A stretch of DNA of 64,000 nucleotides from Terriglobia bacterium (GTDB taxonomy: Bacteria > Acidobacteriota > Terriglobia > Versatilivoradales > Versatilivoraceae). The position numbers and the translations under genes were made by a program. Positions 38,299 to 47,767 of this stretch are shown here, piece by piece (positions within the stretch are counted from its first letter, which is position 1; each line of letters starts with the position of its first letter). Under the pieces are notes generated by a model. It had not been told where the DNA came from. It did no database searches and saw only the letters and a list, made by a program, of their open reading frames with translations. The DNA is taken from assembly GCA_963665655.1 (NCBI GenBank), contig OY762429.1:624503-688502 (forward strand), in the 5' to 3' direction.

Positions 38299-41267
38299 GC
38301 GTCGGCATCGGCGCTTGCGCCCAGGAGAATCGCGAGTATGTCCTCTACGACACGGCTCCGTTTGTCTTTGTCCAGTCTTAGAAGCGGTTGATAGAGGGCC
38401 GCCCGCAACCGCCTCTGCTCGTCCCCGTTGACCGTTGCGTTGGGGAAGCGCCCCAGGAGTGCATCGGCCTGCTTCCCAAGATCCTCGGCACCGACCTCAG
38501 CCATCCTCAACCGTTTGTCGTCCTTGAGCGCCCAATAGACGCCGAACCCACGCGGGGAAAGGCCACTATTTCTGGCCGCTACAACGGCCGCTTCCTTCTC
38601 CCGAGCGATTACCGCCAGCCGGTCCATGGCCTCAAGACCGGTGGCCTTGCGCTCCTCAAGGTCTTTCAGGATGCGCTCGGCGCGCTCCTTCAAGGGGAGC
38701 AGCACAGGCTCCAGGTCCGGCTCGCTGCTGATTTCGTGCCGGAGGCCGCGCACGAGGTTGAATACCTTTGCCTCGTCCGAACCCGACTCGCCTCGAAGGG
38801 CTTCGAGAGTGCTCACGTCGAACGTCACCGTTTTACTTGAGCGGCCGAGGCCTCCCTGGGCCGCGCTCTCCTGCACCATCAGGCGCGTCTTGTTCCCCAG
38901 GTCGATCGCGTAGTTGACCCGCGTGGCATAGGCATTGCGGACGGCTGCATAGAGATGAGCCAGGCGTTTGAAGGTCGAGATATGGTCCCGCAGCTCGGGT
39001 GACGGCGACAGGATCTCCCAAAGCGCCTCGATCTCCTTGTAGGCTTCGAAAAACGCCGTGCGCGATTCCAATTCCAGAAAGCGCCCATAGACGATGTGCT
39101 CCAGGCGCTCGTCTTGCCCGCCGGCCCCCTCGTCTTCGAGATATTCCGCCTTGGCCTTGGCGATCTTGAGATGGAAGTCTCTCATCAGCACATCCAGATC
39201 CTCGATCACCCCGCTTACGTCGGAGGAATCGAACTGCAGCGCCTTCTTCAACTCCCGGAGCACCCCCACGAAGTCGACGACCAGGCCAATGCGTTTGCGT
39301 CCACCGGCGGCGTCCACGTAGGGCCGGTTCACGCGGGCAATCGCCTGCAAAAGCACGTGGTCGCGCATCGGCTTGTCCAGGTACATGCAGTACAGCAGCG
39401 GCGCATCGTAGCCGGTCAGCAGCTTGTCGGTCACGATGAGGATCTTCGGATCCTCGTCCGCCTTCTTGAACATGAGCCGCATGTCCGCCTCCCGTTCGGG
39501 CGAGAGCTGAAGCTCTGCGACCAGCGGCCGGTCGACGATGTCGGCAGGGTTGTCGGTATAGACCGGCGCGGTCCATTCGGGCGGCAGCAGCTTGTCGAGG
39601 GCGCGTTTGTACTTGGCGCAGGCTTCGCGGTTCACCCCAACCAGGAACGCCTTGTAGCCGAGCGGAAAAACGTTCTCCCTGAAATGTTCGGCGACGAAAG
39701 CAGCGACTTTCTCGATCCGGTCGTCGGCGGTGAGGAAAGTCCTGAGACCCACGGCTTTGTCGAGGACGCGGTTCAGCTCATCGATGTCGGTGACCCCTTC
39801 CATCTCGGCCAGGGCGAAGAACTCCTTGTCCAGACGATCGACCGGAACGGTCATGCGGCCAGGCGCCATGGTATGGCGGATCGGCAAGGTGGTTTCGTCC
39901 TCGATCGATTCGGCAATGGTGTACTTGTCGAGATATCCCTGTTCGTCATCGGCGCCAAAAATCTTGAAGGTCCCCTCTCCATGCTCCGTTCGTGCAATGG
40001 GGGTGCCGGTGAAGCCGATGATGGTTGCATTGGGTACGGCCGCCATCAGGTAGGTGCCCAGGTCCTTGGCAACCGATCGGTGCGCCTCGTCGATGAAAAC
40101 GTAGATGTTGCCCCGCACATTGGCGTCTTTCTCGATGCCCTCGAACTTGTGGATCATCGAGAGGATCAAACCCCGCTTGTCGGTTTGGAGCATTTCTCGG
40201 AGATCGGCCCTGGAGTCGGCGCGCCAGACAGGGATGTCCTGCTGCTGCATCTCCCCGAGAAGCCGTTCCACCCAGCCTGCGAGCTGGCCCTCCAGATCGG
40301 TTCGGTCCACCACCACAACCACCGTCGGCGTGTGGAACTTGGCCTTGGCTTCCAGGATCAATCGTGCGGCCGTCAGCAGAGTGAAGGTCTTGCCGGATCC
40401 CTGGGTGTGCCAGACCAGACCGCGGCGCCTTGCCGGCTCGGAGCAGCGTTCCACAATGCGCCCCACCGCCCGGCGCTGGTGTTGGCGAAGCACGGACTTG
40501 CGCGTCTCGCCGTCCTCGACGTAGAAGAGGATCCAGTCGCGTAGCGTTCGAAGAAAGTCGGTCGGCTCGAAGAAGGACTGGACGGCGAACCGATAGCTTT
40601 CCTCGGGCTGCTCCTTCCAGCGCGCCATGAAGCGGCGTGAGACGTTCCAGGTGACGCCATACCAGTAGTCGAGCAGATGGGTAACGTTGAAGAGCTGGGC
40701 CGCACCCATCAGCTCGGGCGTCTCCTTCTCATAGCGCCGCAACTGTGTGAGGCCCTTCTCGATGGCATCCGCGTCCGTGGGGTTCTTGTGTTCGACGATG
40801 GCCGCCGGCACGCCGTTGACCACGAACATCACGTCCGCACGGTTGCCCTTGCGCGCCGGTGGCTTGAGCTTCCATTCCCAGGTGACGTGCAACAGGTTGG
40901 ACGCCGGCCTCTCAAAATCGACGATTTGGACAGGCCGGTGACGCTGCTCGGCCTCGTCGTACCACTGCCGCTCCCCGCGCAGCCAGGCAAGCATCTCGCG
41001 GTTCCCCTCGATGGTCGGCGGGAGTGCTTCGAGTCGTTCCGCGACGGCGCGGACGGCGCCGTCTGTCAACCAGGGATTGAACCGGTGCAGGGCAACTTCG
41101 AGTTCGCCTTGAAACAGCAGCCCTGCTTCACCGCCTCGCTTCTGCCGAGCATCCTGCGGCGAGATCGGCGTCCAGCCAATTTCCTCGGCGTGACGTACCA
41201 TCGGGAACTGCACGGAGCCGGCTTCAGTGATGTGGAGGGTGGTCACCAATGACTCTCCGCTTAACAA
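38295..41267 (-). CDS. hsdR: Type I restriction enzyme, R (helicase-nuclease) subunit.
   Basis: 990 aa. Typical N-terminus. TQGSGKT Walker A. SF2 helicase motifs. Confidence 0.95.
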   Translation of the reverse strand: MLSGESLVTTLHITEAGSVQFPMVRHAEEIGWTPISPQDARQKRGGEAGLLFQGELEVALHRFNPWLTDGAVRAVAERLEALPPTIEGNREMLAWLRGERQWYDEAEQRHRPVQIVDFERPASNLLHVTWEWKLKPPARKGNRADVMFVVNGVPAAIVEHKNPTDADAIEKGLTQLRRYEKETPELMGAAQLFNVTHLLDYWYGVTWNVSRRFMARWKEQPEESYRFAVQSFFEPTDFLRTLRDWILFYVEDGETRKSVLRQHQRRAVGRIVERCSEPARRRGLVWHTQGSGKTFTLLTAARLILEAKAKFHTPTVVVVVDRTDLEGQLAGWVERLLGEMQQQDIPVWRADSRADLREMLQTDKRGLILSMIHKFEGIEKDANVRGNIYVFIDEAHRSVAKDLGTYLMAAVPNATIIGFTGTPIARTEHGEGTFKIFGADDEQGYLDKYTIAESIEDETTLPIRHTMAPGRMTVPVDRLDKEFFALAEMEGVTDIDELNRVLDKAVGLRTFLTADDRIEKVAAFVAEHFRENVFPLGYKAFLVGVNREACAKYKRALDKLLPPEWTAPVYTDNPADIVDRPLVAELQLSPEREADMRLMFKKADEDPKILIVTDKLLTGYDAPLLYCMYLDKPMRDHVLLQAIARVNRPYVDAAGGRKRIGLVVDFVGVLRELKKALQFDSSDVSGVIEDLDVLMRDFHLKIAKAKAEYLEDEGAGGQDERLEHIVYGRFLELESRTAFFEAYKEIEALWEILSPSPELRDHISTFKRLAHLYAAVRNAYATRVNYAIDLGNKTRLMVQESAAQGGLGRSSKTVTFDVSTLEALRGESGSDEAKVFNLVRGLRHEISSEPDLEPVLLPLKERAERILKDLEERKATGLEAMDRLAVIAREKEAAVVAARNSGLSPRGFGVYWALKDDKRLRMAEVGAEDLGKQADALLGRFPNATVNGDEQRRLRAALYQPLLRLDKDKRSRVVEDILAILLGASADADA

Positions 41268-41318
41268 TTCCCCTTGTTGGCTGTATCTTTATCTAATTGG
41301 TTTCCCAAGGGGTTGGCG

Positions 41319-41552
41319 ATGATCACCGTGAATGTCCGTGAAGCAAAAACCAACCTGTCCCGCCTGCTGGCGCAAGTCGAGGCAGGCGAGGAGGTCATCA
41401 TCGCCCGCAACGGCAAGCCGGTGGCGCGCCTGGCGCCACTCCAAGAGCGGGGCAGGCCCCAACCCGATGTCTTCAAGGGAAAATTCGTCCTCCCGGACAG
41501 TTTCTTCGACCCGCTGCCTGAGGAAGAGTTGAAAGCGTGGGAAGGTGGTTGA
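41319..41552 (+). CDS. Phd/YefM-family antitoxin, copy 1.
   Basis: MITVNVREAKTNLSRLL... 77 aa. Confidence 0.8.
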   Translation: MITVNVREAKTNLSRLLAQVEAGEEVIIARNGKPVARLAPLQERGRPQPDVFKGKFVLPDSFFDPLPEEELKAWEGG

Positions 41553-41555
41553 GAT

Positions 41556-41625
41556 TGCGACTGCTGCTCGACACCCATGCCCTCATTTGGTGGCTCACCG
41601 AAAGCAGGCGCCTTGGTGTTCCCGC
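41556..41625 (+). pseudogene. vapC (PIN toxin) 5' remnant. Only ~21 codons remain (MRLLLDTHALIWWLTESRRLG) before the sequence runs into R-repeat copy 1.
   Basis: Homologous to the N-terminus of the intact VapC at 42247. Confidence 0.55.
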
Positions 41626-41708
41626 TTGTCGATCATCTATGAACATCAAAGTGCGTTGTCGATCATTTTCTTGAGAAAGTGATCGACAAAGAGCGTTGCT
41701 TGTCATAG
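41611..41708. repeat. R-family repeat, copy 1 (~100 bp). It holds TTGTCGATCA twice in direct orientation and once inverted. These form a hairpin with a 15-bp stem and a 4-nt loop (TTGTCGATCATTTTC-TTGA-GAAAGTGATCGACAA).
   Basis: Direct reading. Copies 2 and 3 lie at 42643-42762 and 44661-44770. Confidence 0.7.
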
Positions 41709-41715
41709 CTCCATG

Positions 41716-41955
41716 TCACAGCTTGTCATGGCTTGGGACCAGGCTACCCCTCGTCATCCAGGGATTGAACCAGTGGAGTGCTCCTTCCAACTCGCTTGGA
41801 AACAACAGCCCGGCTTCGCCGCCTCTCATGGCGAGGGCTTCCCGCGACGAGATCGGCGTCCAGCCAATTCCCTGGGCGTGACGCGCCATCGGGAACTGCA
41901 CGGAGTTGGCTTCGGCGATGTGGAAGTCCGTCACCGCCCGTCCTCCGTTTGACAA
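41716..41955 (-). pseudogene. Duplicated fragment of the hsdR 5' end (first ~70 codons, ~75% identical to the real hsdR N-terminus).
   Basis: ORF 41716..41955(-) aligned against the HsdR N-terminus. Confidence 0.7.
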
Positions 41956-42006
41956 GCCGAGGCATTAGTCATATCATTAGCTAAACTGACCGGAGAGGAG
42001 CAAGCA

Positions 42007-42243
42007 ATGGTAACGGTGAACGTCCACGATGCGAAGACCCACCTGTCGCGCCTCCTGGTCCAGGTCGAAGCAGGGGAGGAGGTCATCATCGCCCGCAACG
42101 GAAACCCTGTAGCCCGGCTGGTGAGCTGCAAGAAGCACCGTAAGCGAAAACCCGGTTCCATGACAGGGCTTTTTACGGTACCCGACAGCTTCTTTGATCC
42201 ACTGCCCGAAGAGGAGTTGGCCGCATGGGAAGGGAACCCATAG
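42007..42243 (+). CDS. Phd/YefM-family antitoxin, copy 2.
   Basis: MVTVNVHDAKTHLSRLL... 78 aa. Confidence 0.8.
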   Translation: MVTVNVHDAKTHLSRLLVQVEAGEEVIIARNGNPVARLVSCKKHRKRKPGSMTGLFTVPDSFFDPLPEEELAAWEGNP

Positions 42244-42246
42244 CGG

Positions 42247-42633
42247 ATGCGGCTACTTTTGGACACCCACGCCTTTCTGTGGTGGATCATCAATGACGAC
42301 CGGTTGTCACAGGCTGCCAGGCGGGCAATAGCGGACGACGATAACGACGTGCTGGTCAGTGCAGTTTCCACCTGGGAGATTACGACCAAGCACCGAACCG
42401 GTAAACTGCCCGCGGCAGAGCCACTGGCCGAGAATATCGTTCGGGCGATAGGTCTCGAAGGCTTCGGGGAGCTGCCCATCACCGTAGACGAAGCCGCCCG
42501 CGCGGGCGCGCTTCCCGGCCCCCTCCGTGACCCGTTCGACAGGATGCTCATCGCCCAGGCGCTGGCCCGCAACTTGGTCCTCCTATCCAACGAGTCTCTT
42601 TTCGACCGCTACGACGTCCGCCGCTTGTGGTGA
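42247..42633 (+). CDS. vapC: VapC PIN-domain toxin, intact.
   Basis: LLDTHAFLWW ... PIN acidic residues. 128 aa. Confidence 0.85.
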   Translation: MRLLLDTHAFLWWIINDDRLSQAARRAIADDDNDVLVSAVSTWEITTKHRTGKLPAAEPLAENIVRAIGLEGFGELPITVDEAARAGALPGPLRDPFDRMLIAQALARNLVLLSNESLFDRYDVRRLW

Positions 42634-42642
42634 CGCGCGCCC

Positions 42643-42762
42643 TTTGGTGTTCCCACTTGTCGATCATCTATGAGCATCAAAGTGCGTTGTCGATCATTTT
42701 CTTGCGAAAGTGATCGACAAAGAGCGTTGCTTGTCATAGATGATCGTCAAAATACTTCCCCA
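42643..42762. repeat. R-family repeat, copy 2. It includes a 3' extension, GATGATCGTCAAAATACTTCCCC.
   Basis: Direct reading. Hairpin loop is TTGC. Confidence 0.7.
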
Positions 42763-42827
42763 CCTTCCGCGCCGTTCAAGCGATGGTCTTCACCTGACAG
42801 TCGACTATCTGCTGTACCAGTTGCCAT
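42747..42827 (-). pseudogene. Fic 3'-end remnant (…LNGAEGGEVF*). It abuts R copy 2 in the same way the intact fic abuts R copy 3.
   Basis: Hand translation. C-terminal identity to the Fic tail LLNIAEGGEVF. Confidence 0.4.
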
Positions 42828-42855
42828 GGACTCCTGCACCGTCACGTGCTACTGT

Positions 42856-42942
42856 CCATCCAAAGGTTCCCCCCCGATGACAAGAGTGCCACGGGTGCTC
42901 TCTTTGGAAACAGAGTAGTCGGGGGGGTCGCTTTCTCGGCTG
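42856..42942. repeat. P-family repeat, copy A (GGTTCCCCCCCGATGACAAG ... GTAGTCGGGGGGGTCGCTTT). It has C7/G7 inverted termini and an internal hairpin.
   Basis: Direct reading. Confidence 0.6.
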
Positions 42943-43205
42943 ACTCTACCCCTGGAAGTCAGCACTTCTTCTCTTTTCTCACCGCCGGCTTGATTTGCTC
43001 GTACCAACTACTTTCTCCTTACGATTGCTTCCGCTCGCGCCGAAGTCGAAGTTTCCAGATTCGTCGAGAAAGATGTAAGCGCAACGGTTCATTCAGTTGT
43101 TTCGGCCCCACACGGTGGACGCCGCGGTTCAGCTCTCCCGTGATTCCGTGGTCACTCATCCCAGCCTGTCACAGCTCCATGTCACAGCTTGTCATAGCTC
43201 GGAGC

Positions 43206-43346
43206 CAGGCTACCCCTCATTGAACACGTATCGCTTGCCGGGATCGGTCGGACTCGTTGCCTCTACTTCCAAGATCCCTTGTTCGATCATGGCTCGCATG
43301 TCTCTCTGTAGTGACCGGCGATTGACGTTGGGATAAAGACGCTCGA
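43206..43346 (-). pseudogene. Second divergent Fic-like C-terminal remnant (…FERLYPNVNRRSLQRDMRAMIEQGILEVEATSPTDPGKRYVFNEG*). It ends exactly at the S-repeat junction CCAGGCTACCCCTC.
   Basis: Hand translation. No start codon. Confidence 0.35.
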
Positions 43347-43477
43347 AGTCCTTAAATGAGCGTTAGGTGTACTGCCCTAACCGTCTTGGCAACCACGCGG
43401 GCCGTACCGGCAGAATCCCTGGAACTTCCGCGTTTCGGATTCCACAGCAATGACAAGTATCGTGATTGGGTTGGCTA

Positions 43478-43843
43478 TCATGAGTCGGATTCACTCCGCA
43501 GTATTTCTTCCAGACTCGCGATCAGCACCGGCAGGTCCTGTCGCACGGTCTGCCAAACGATATCGAGGTTGATGTTGAAATACGCGTGAACGAGGCGGTT
43601 TCGCATAGCTACAATTTCCTGCCAGGGGATTTCCGGTGTCTGGGTTCGCCCGGATTCAGTTATTCGGACCGCAGCCTCACCCACGATCTCAATGTCCTTG
43701 ACCAACGACAGCACCAGTTGGCGGTCGGTCTCCAGGTCGGCGCGGGCTCGGCCTCGCGTGAACGACACGGCTTCGAGCGCCGCGTCCAGCATATGGCGCA
43801 AACGGATTTCGTCAGCCCTGTGCATACTGAACCTCGGCCGCAT
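43478..43843 (-). CDS. hepT: HepT-like HEPN toxin (DUF86). Contains the RNRLVHAY Rx4-6H motif.
   Basis: 121 aa. Overlaps the mntA stop. Confidence 0.8.
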   Translation of the reverse strand: MRPRFSMHRADEIRLRHMLDAALEAVSFTRGRARADLETDRQLVLSLVKDIEIVGEAAVRITESGRTQTPEIPWQEIVAMRNRLVHAYFNINLDIVWQTVRQDLPVLIASLEEILRSESDS

Positions 43844-44123
43844 CTAACACGTCCTGTCGAAAATAGTGGCTCAGGTCCTCAGGCGTCCTTAAATCAACCT
43901 TGCGGCCCGAAAACAGGTCTGACAACTCCAACTCCATACCAGCCACGCCCAGCAGTCCGGGTATGCGATCGGGTTCGAACTCGACAAGCACGTCAATGTC
44001 GCTCTCCGGCCCAAAATCCTCCCTTAAAGCCGAGCCAAAGAGGGCGAGCCATTTGATTCCGTGCTCTTGGCAGAAAGACGCAAGGGCGGTCGTGGATATC
44101 GATATCTGTGGGTTCATTGCCAT
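43812..44123 (-). CDS. mntA: MntA nucleotidyltransferase antitoxin (GS...DID motif).
   Basis: 103 aa, with [22 protein letters not shown]. Confidence 0.8.
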   Translation of the reverse strand: MAMNPQISISTTALASFCQEHGIKWLALFGSALREDFGPESDIDVLVEFEPDRIPGLLGVAGMELELSDLFSGRKVDLRTPEDLSHYFRQDVLDAAEVQYAQG

Positions 44124-44465
44124 GCCTTCATGTTATGCCAAGGAGTGCTCCTGGCGCTCAACTGCTCAATGGTCGTTTACCTGATAGTCCACCAAATACC
44201 CCGACTCCGTTGCTTTGCGGATCGTTCGTCTTCAGCGCAGTCCACTCATTCCCGGGTCATCTTCGAGATGCCGTCTGACTTGTCATTTGCAGAGTAAACA
44301 ACAGGTTTACTCAGTACGCTTATCCGAATTCGCCTGGAGCAAGTCGGGAACATTGGTGAATTACCGGGGTTCAGGTTTCGCCGATCCAAGTTATTCCAGT
44401 TATTCGACCACGCCCTCTTGTGTTTGCTTGTCGATATGGACTGCCAGACATTGACATGTTATGGT

Positions 44466-44552
44466 GAGATCAAAGGTTCCCCCCCGATGACAAGTGCTCC
44501 AGGTGAGCACTCTCCAGAAATGGAGTAGTCGGGGGGGTCGCTTTTTCGGACA
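44466..44552. repeat. P-family repeat, copy B.
   Basis: Direct reading. The internal stem is changed in a compensatory way relative to copy A. Confidence 0.6.
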
Positions 44553-44660
44553 AGTTTTCCATCGCCTCTAACCTGCCATTCCACGGGATCAAATCTCGAA
44601 CTCGATGCACACGGCAGACTTGATTAGGAGACCTTGTTTCCTTGCATCTATTGGCAGTCT

Positions 44661-44770
44661 GCTTGTCGATCATCTATGAACACCTAAGCGCGTTGTCGAT
44701 CATTTTATCGTAAAAGTGATCGACAAAGAGCGTTGCCTGTCACCGATGATCGTCAAAAAACCTCCCCCCC
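44661..44770. repeat. R-family repeat, copy 3. It overlaps the fic 3' end. The hairpin loop is altered to TCG.
   Basis: Direct reading. Confidence 0.7.
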
Positions 44771-45868
44771 TTCTGCGATGTTCAGGAGAGCCGGAAAAAG
44801 GAACATGCTGGCCCGTCGGCCGCGGCCGGGCCTGGCAAGTTTCAGAATCTCGCCTTCTCGAAGTACGACGAGAAACCGACGAGCGGTGGGCTCCGGGATG
44901 CCTGCACCCTGCACAAAGTGGGTGCTGGTGAAAATCGGATAGGCGAAAATCCAATCCAGAGCCCGAAGGGCGTACTGCGAGCGGGTCAACTCCGCCACGC
45001 GCTGCTTCATGCGGCCGTAGAGATCGATAATGCCTTGAGCCTTGTCCAGGTTCTCCTCGGCCTGAACCCGCACCGCCTCAAGGAAGAACCGGCACCACCC
45101 TGTCCAGTCGTCGTCGCGGGAGACGGCAAGCAACCCATCGTAATAGGAATCGCGGCGGGCTTCGAAGTAGGCGCTGATGTAGAACCGGGGCGCCCTGATG
45201 AGCCCGGCGTGCCACAGGAACAGCGGCACCAGCATGCGCCCGAGGCGGCCATTGCCATCCAGGAACGGATGCAGCGCCTCGAATTCGGCGTGGAGGATGG
45301 CGAGTTGCACCAAGGGGTCGGGTGCGTCACGGTGGATGTCGCGCTCCCACGCGCCCATTGCGCCAGGAAGCTTGTCTGCCCGGATCGGCACGAAGGTGGC
45401 CTGGTCGACCGTGCAGCCGGGCGGCCCGATCCAGTTGGGGACCCGGCGATACTCACCGGGCGACTTTCCCTCGCCTCGCACGCCGCTCAGTAGTACCCGA
45501 TGGGCCTCGCGAATCACTCGCAGGGACAGTGGCAGATCTTTCAGCATGTTTTCCGCGCGCCGCATGGCGGAGCGATAGTTGATAACCTCGTGGATGTCTT
45601 CCCGACGAGCGGCTGATTCCGGTTCTCGTCCAGCCTCGTACTCCAGTACTTCACCCATGGTGGCCTGAGTGCCTTCGATGCGTGAAGAGAGCACCGCTTC
45701 CCGGGTGGTCAGCGGAGCAAGCAAAACATCGGGATTAGGAGTGGCTCCAAGCAACCCGTCGTAGCGAGCCACTGCTGCGGCAGCGCGGCCGATGAGCGGG
45801 ATCAGCTTCGACCAGTCGAGACGCTCCTCTGGCGGGAATTTACCCTCGTGATAGTAAACGGGTGGCAT
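44753..45868 (-). CDS. fic: Fic/DOC family protein (HPFLDGNGRLGR motif).
   Basis: 371 aa. Confidence 0.85.
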   Translation of the reverse strand: MPPVYYHEGKFPPEERLDWSKLIPLIGRAAAAVARYDGLLGATPNPDVLLAPLTTREAVLSSRIEGTQATMGEVLEYEAGREPESAARREDIHEVINYRSAMRRAENMLKDLPLSLRVIREAHRVLLSGVRGEGKSPGEYRRVPNWIGPPGCTVDQATFVPIRADKLPGAMGAWERDIHRDAPDPLVQLAILHAEFEALHPFLDGNGRLGRMLVPLFLWHAGLIRAPRFYISAYFEARRDSYYDGLLAVSRDDDWTGWCRFFLEAVRVQAEENLDKAQGIIDLYGRMKQRVAELTRSQYALRALDWIFAYPIFTSTHFVQGAGIPEPTARRFLVVLREGEILKLARPGRGRRASMFLFPALLNIAEGGEVF

Positions 45869-45907
45869 TAATGCCTTCCAAGGGGGCGAGCGGGCGCTCG
45901 AATTACA

Positions 45908-46133
45908 TTATCCCTGAGCATGTTGAACCGTTTCCGTGTCCAATAACTCCTGGCGGAAGCAGGTGTTGCCATCAACCTTGATTGTCACTTTTCGGCTTCC
46001 AGCGAGCAATGACCCGCCCTTCCGTCTTTCTCGCCTCATTGGCCGGCTCAGGCCAAGTGAATCTGGCTCCTTCCTTACGGAAGAGAGCACCAAGCTGTCT
46101 CGGAACAGATTCGTCAAGCAGCAGCTTCATCCG
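45908..46133 (-). pseudogene. DUF5615 (PIN-like) protein, frameshifted. Frame 1 reads MKLLLDESVPRQLGALFRKEGA. Frame 2 reads ...GSRKVTIKVDGNT.
   Basis: Two overlapping ORFs (45908..46117 and 45972..46223), each of which matches half of a DUF5615. Confidence 0.45.
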
Positions 46134-46338
46134 AATTCCCGGCAAGCACAGCCTTAGCCTGTTCGAGCACTTCAACCGCCTGTCTTCGCGATACCGTGGG
46201 ATAGCTCTCCAGGAAATCGTCAAGCCGGTCGCCTGCCTCCAAATACTCGATCAGGATACGTACGGGGACCCTGGTCCCGCGAAAAACCGGCGTCCAGCCA
46301 AGGATATCGGCGTCTGTATCGATTACCGTGTCTTTCAT
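46114..46338 (-). CDS. DUF433-domain protein, the usual partner of DUF5615.
   Basis: 74 aa, with a WTPVFRGTRVPV motif. Confidence 0.7.
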   Translation of the reverse strand: MKDTVIDTDADILGWTPVFRGTRVPVRILIEYLEAGDRLDDFLESYPTVSRRQAVEVLEQAKAVLAGNSDEAAA

Positions 46339-46525
46339 TGGTCACGCCTCGGTTTCGAGATCGAATTCATCGCAATCAGGGAATAAGCAGGGAATGTTGT
46401 TGAATTTCCTGAATTTAGAAGCCGCCGATCCAAGTTATTCCAGTAATTCAACAACGTCCCCTTGTTTCCCTCCGACGCTACCTGAAGCCAGCGTTGTCGC
46501 GAGAACCAAGCACAACCACAGGGAA

Positions 46526-47761
46526 TTACGCGACTTTCTTGAATGTAAGAACTACCTCACGTCGGATGCGGCCATCAAGCGCTGCCGGCTTTCGTTGTTT
46601 GGATGGCGGTGGCAGGTAGCGACGGTTCGCTGGTAAGTCTCTCGAACGGCGGGCAATGCAGTGGAGACCCACTCTGTTGGCAATCTCCTCTACTATCAAG
46701 GAATTAGGAACAAATGTGCCGCGCACGGTGTTTTCGCCAACCACATACACAGCCTTTCCACGCTCAGTGAGCACTCTAGCCGTCTCCCCCACGGCAAGCC
46801 ACATATCGTCGATGTACCGGACCAGAATTGATTCCCACCTCCTTTGCAGTTTAGGTTGTAGATTCAGTTGGAGGAGAATTCTGTGGACATCATTGTTGTC
46901 GTCCGCACCTTTACCGACTTCCGTGCCCACGATGGTTGACCTAAGACGGCGCACCTCTCTGATGGAATAACCCATCCAGACCAACGAGAACTTACTGCAC
47001 CGTAAGTAGTCGATAGCGTTCAAGTACGGTGGAGATGTAAGTACCAGGTCGATAGAGCCGTCGTCTATGGGAAGACTGCGTGCATCGCCCCGATGCACGC
47101 ACGCAATCGGGCCGGTATTAGGGAGACTGATGTTGATGCAGTTGTTGGCAACACGTTCTACAGACAACCGGAACTTGGAGAAGGGCTTTAGCGGGGCTCG
47201 CTCAAATGCCTTGTGCGGTCGGCTGTGAGAAAGGTCCCTTGCCAGCGAGGCACCGGACTGCTTGGCAATGATCAGACGAGAGAAGGCACACCACAAAGCA
47301 TCTCGGATTTTCTCATCACGAACATCCTGGATTGCCGTGGCGAGTGAAGCAAGTTGGCGTCGCACATAGTCATCGAACCAGAATCTTATGAACTTTCGAG
47401 TCTCGTCGTCTGCATTCTCAGGGTATGCGTCGCGTGTGCGTAATGACGAGAACAATTGACGCGCGAGTTCAAGTACCTCGGTGCCTTTCTCCTGCAAGGC
47501 TGCTGAGTCAATTGCAGTCGTCCAGACCCTCGAAATGAGCACTGCCAGAGGGTCAATGTCAATACCGATTGCATGGTGTCCCTTTGCACGCGCAATTGCG
47601 AGCACCGTTCCCGATCCCGACATCGGATCGAGAACCCGAAGGGAATCTTTGTGATCTTCGACTACGTCTAGAGCAAGGTCTGGCGCCATCCGAGCCGGAA
47701 ACGGATGGACCGCCCCCCGACCTAGGATCTCGTAGGCGTTCCTACTGTTTGATCGGTTCAT
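46526..47761 (-). CDS. N4/N6 DNA methyltransferase, alpha-like motif order. Motif I (DPMSGSGT) is near the N-terminus. Motif IV (TSPPY) is at ~aa 262.
   Basis: 411 aa. Its start lies 7 bp downstream of the GHKL-nuclease stop. Confidence 0.85.
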   Translation of the reverse strand: MNRSNSRNAYEILGRGAVHPFPARMAPDLALDVVEDHKDSLRVLDPMSGSGTVLAIARAKGHHAIGIDIDPLAVLISRVWTTAIDSAALQEKGTEVLELARQLFSSLRTRDAYPENADDETRKFIRFWFDDYVRRQLASLATAIQDVRDEKIRDALWCAFSRLIIAKQSGASLARDLSHSRPHKAFERAPLKPFSKFRLSVERVANNCINISLPNTGPIACVHRGDARSLPIDDGSIDLVLTSPPYLNAIDYLRCSKFSLVWMGYSIREVRRLRSTIVGTEVGKGADDNNDVHRILLQLNLQPKLQRRWESILVRYIDDMWLAVGETARVLTERGKAVYVVGENTVRGTFVPNSLIVEEIANRVGLHCIARRSRDLPANRRYLPPPSKQRKPAALDGRIRREVVLTFKKVA

Positions 47762-47767
47762 AATCTC

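Noticed and set aside
39096-41252. Plus-strand ORFs inside hsdR
   Set aside because: They are antisense to hsdR.
41611-44770. CRISPR array or integron attC interpretation of the R repeats
   Set aside because: The copies are more than 1 kb apart, so there are no uniform spacers. No cas genes and no intI are in the window. The repeats lack an obvious attC core or inverse core (GTTRRRY). I have kept them as an unclassified repeat family.
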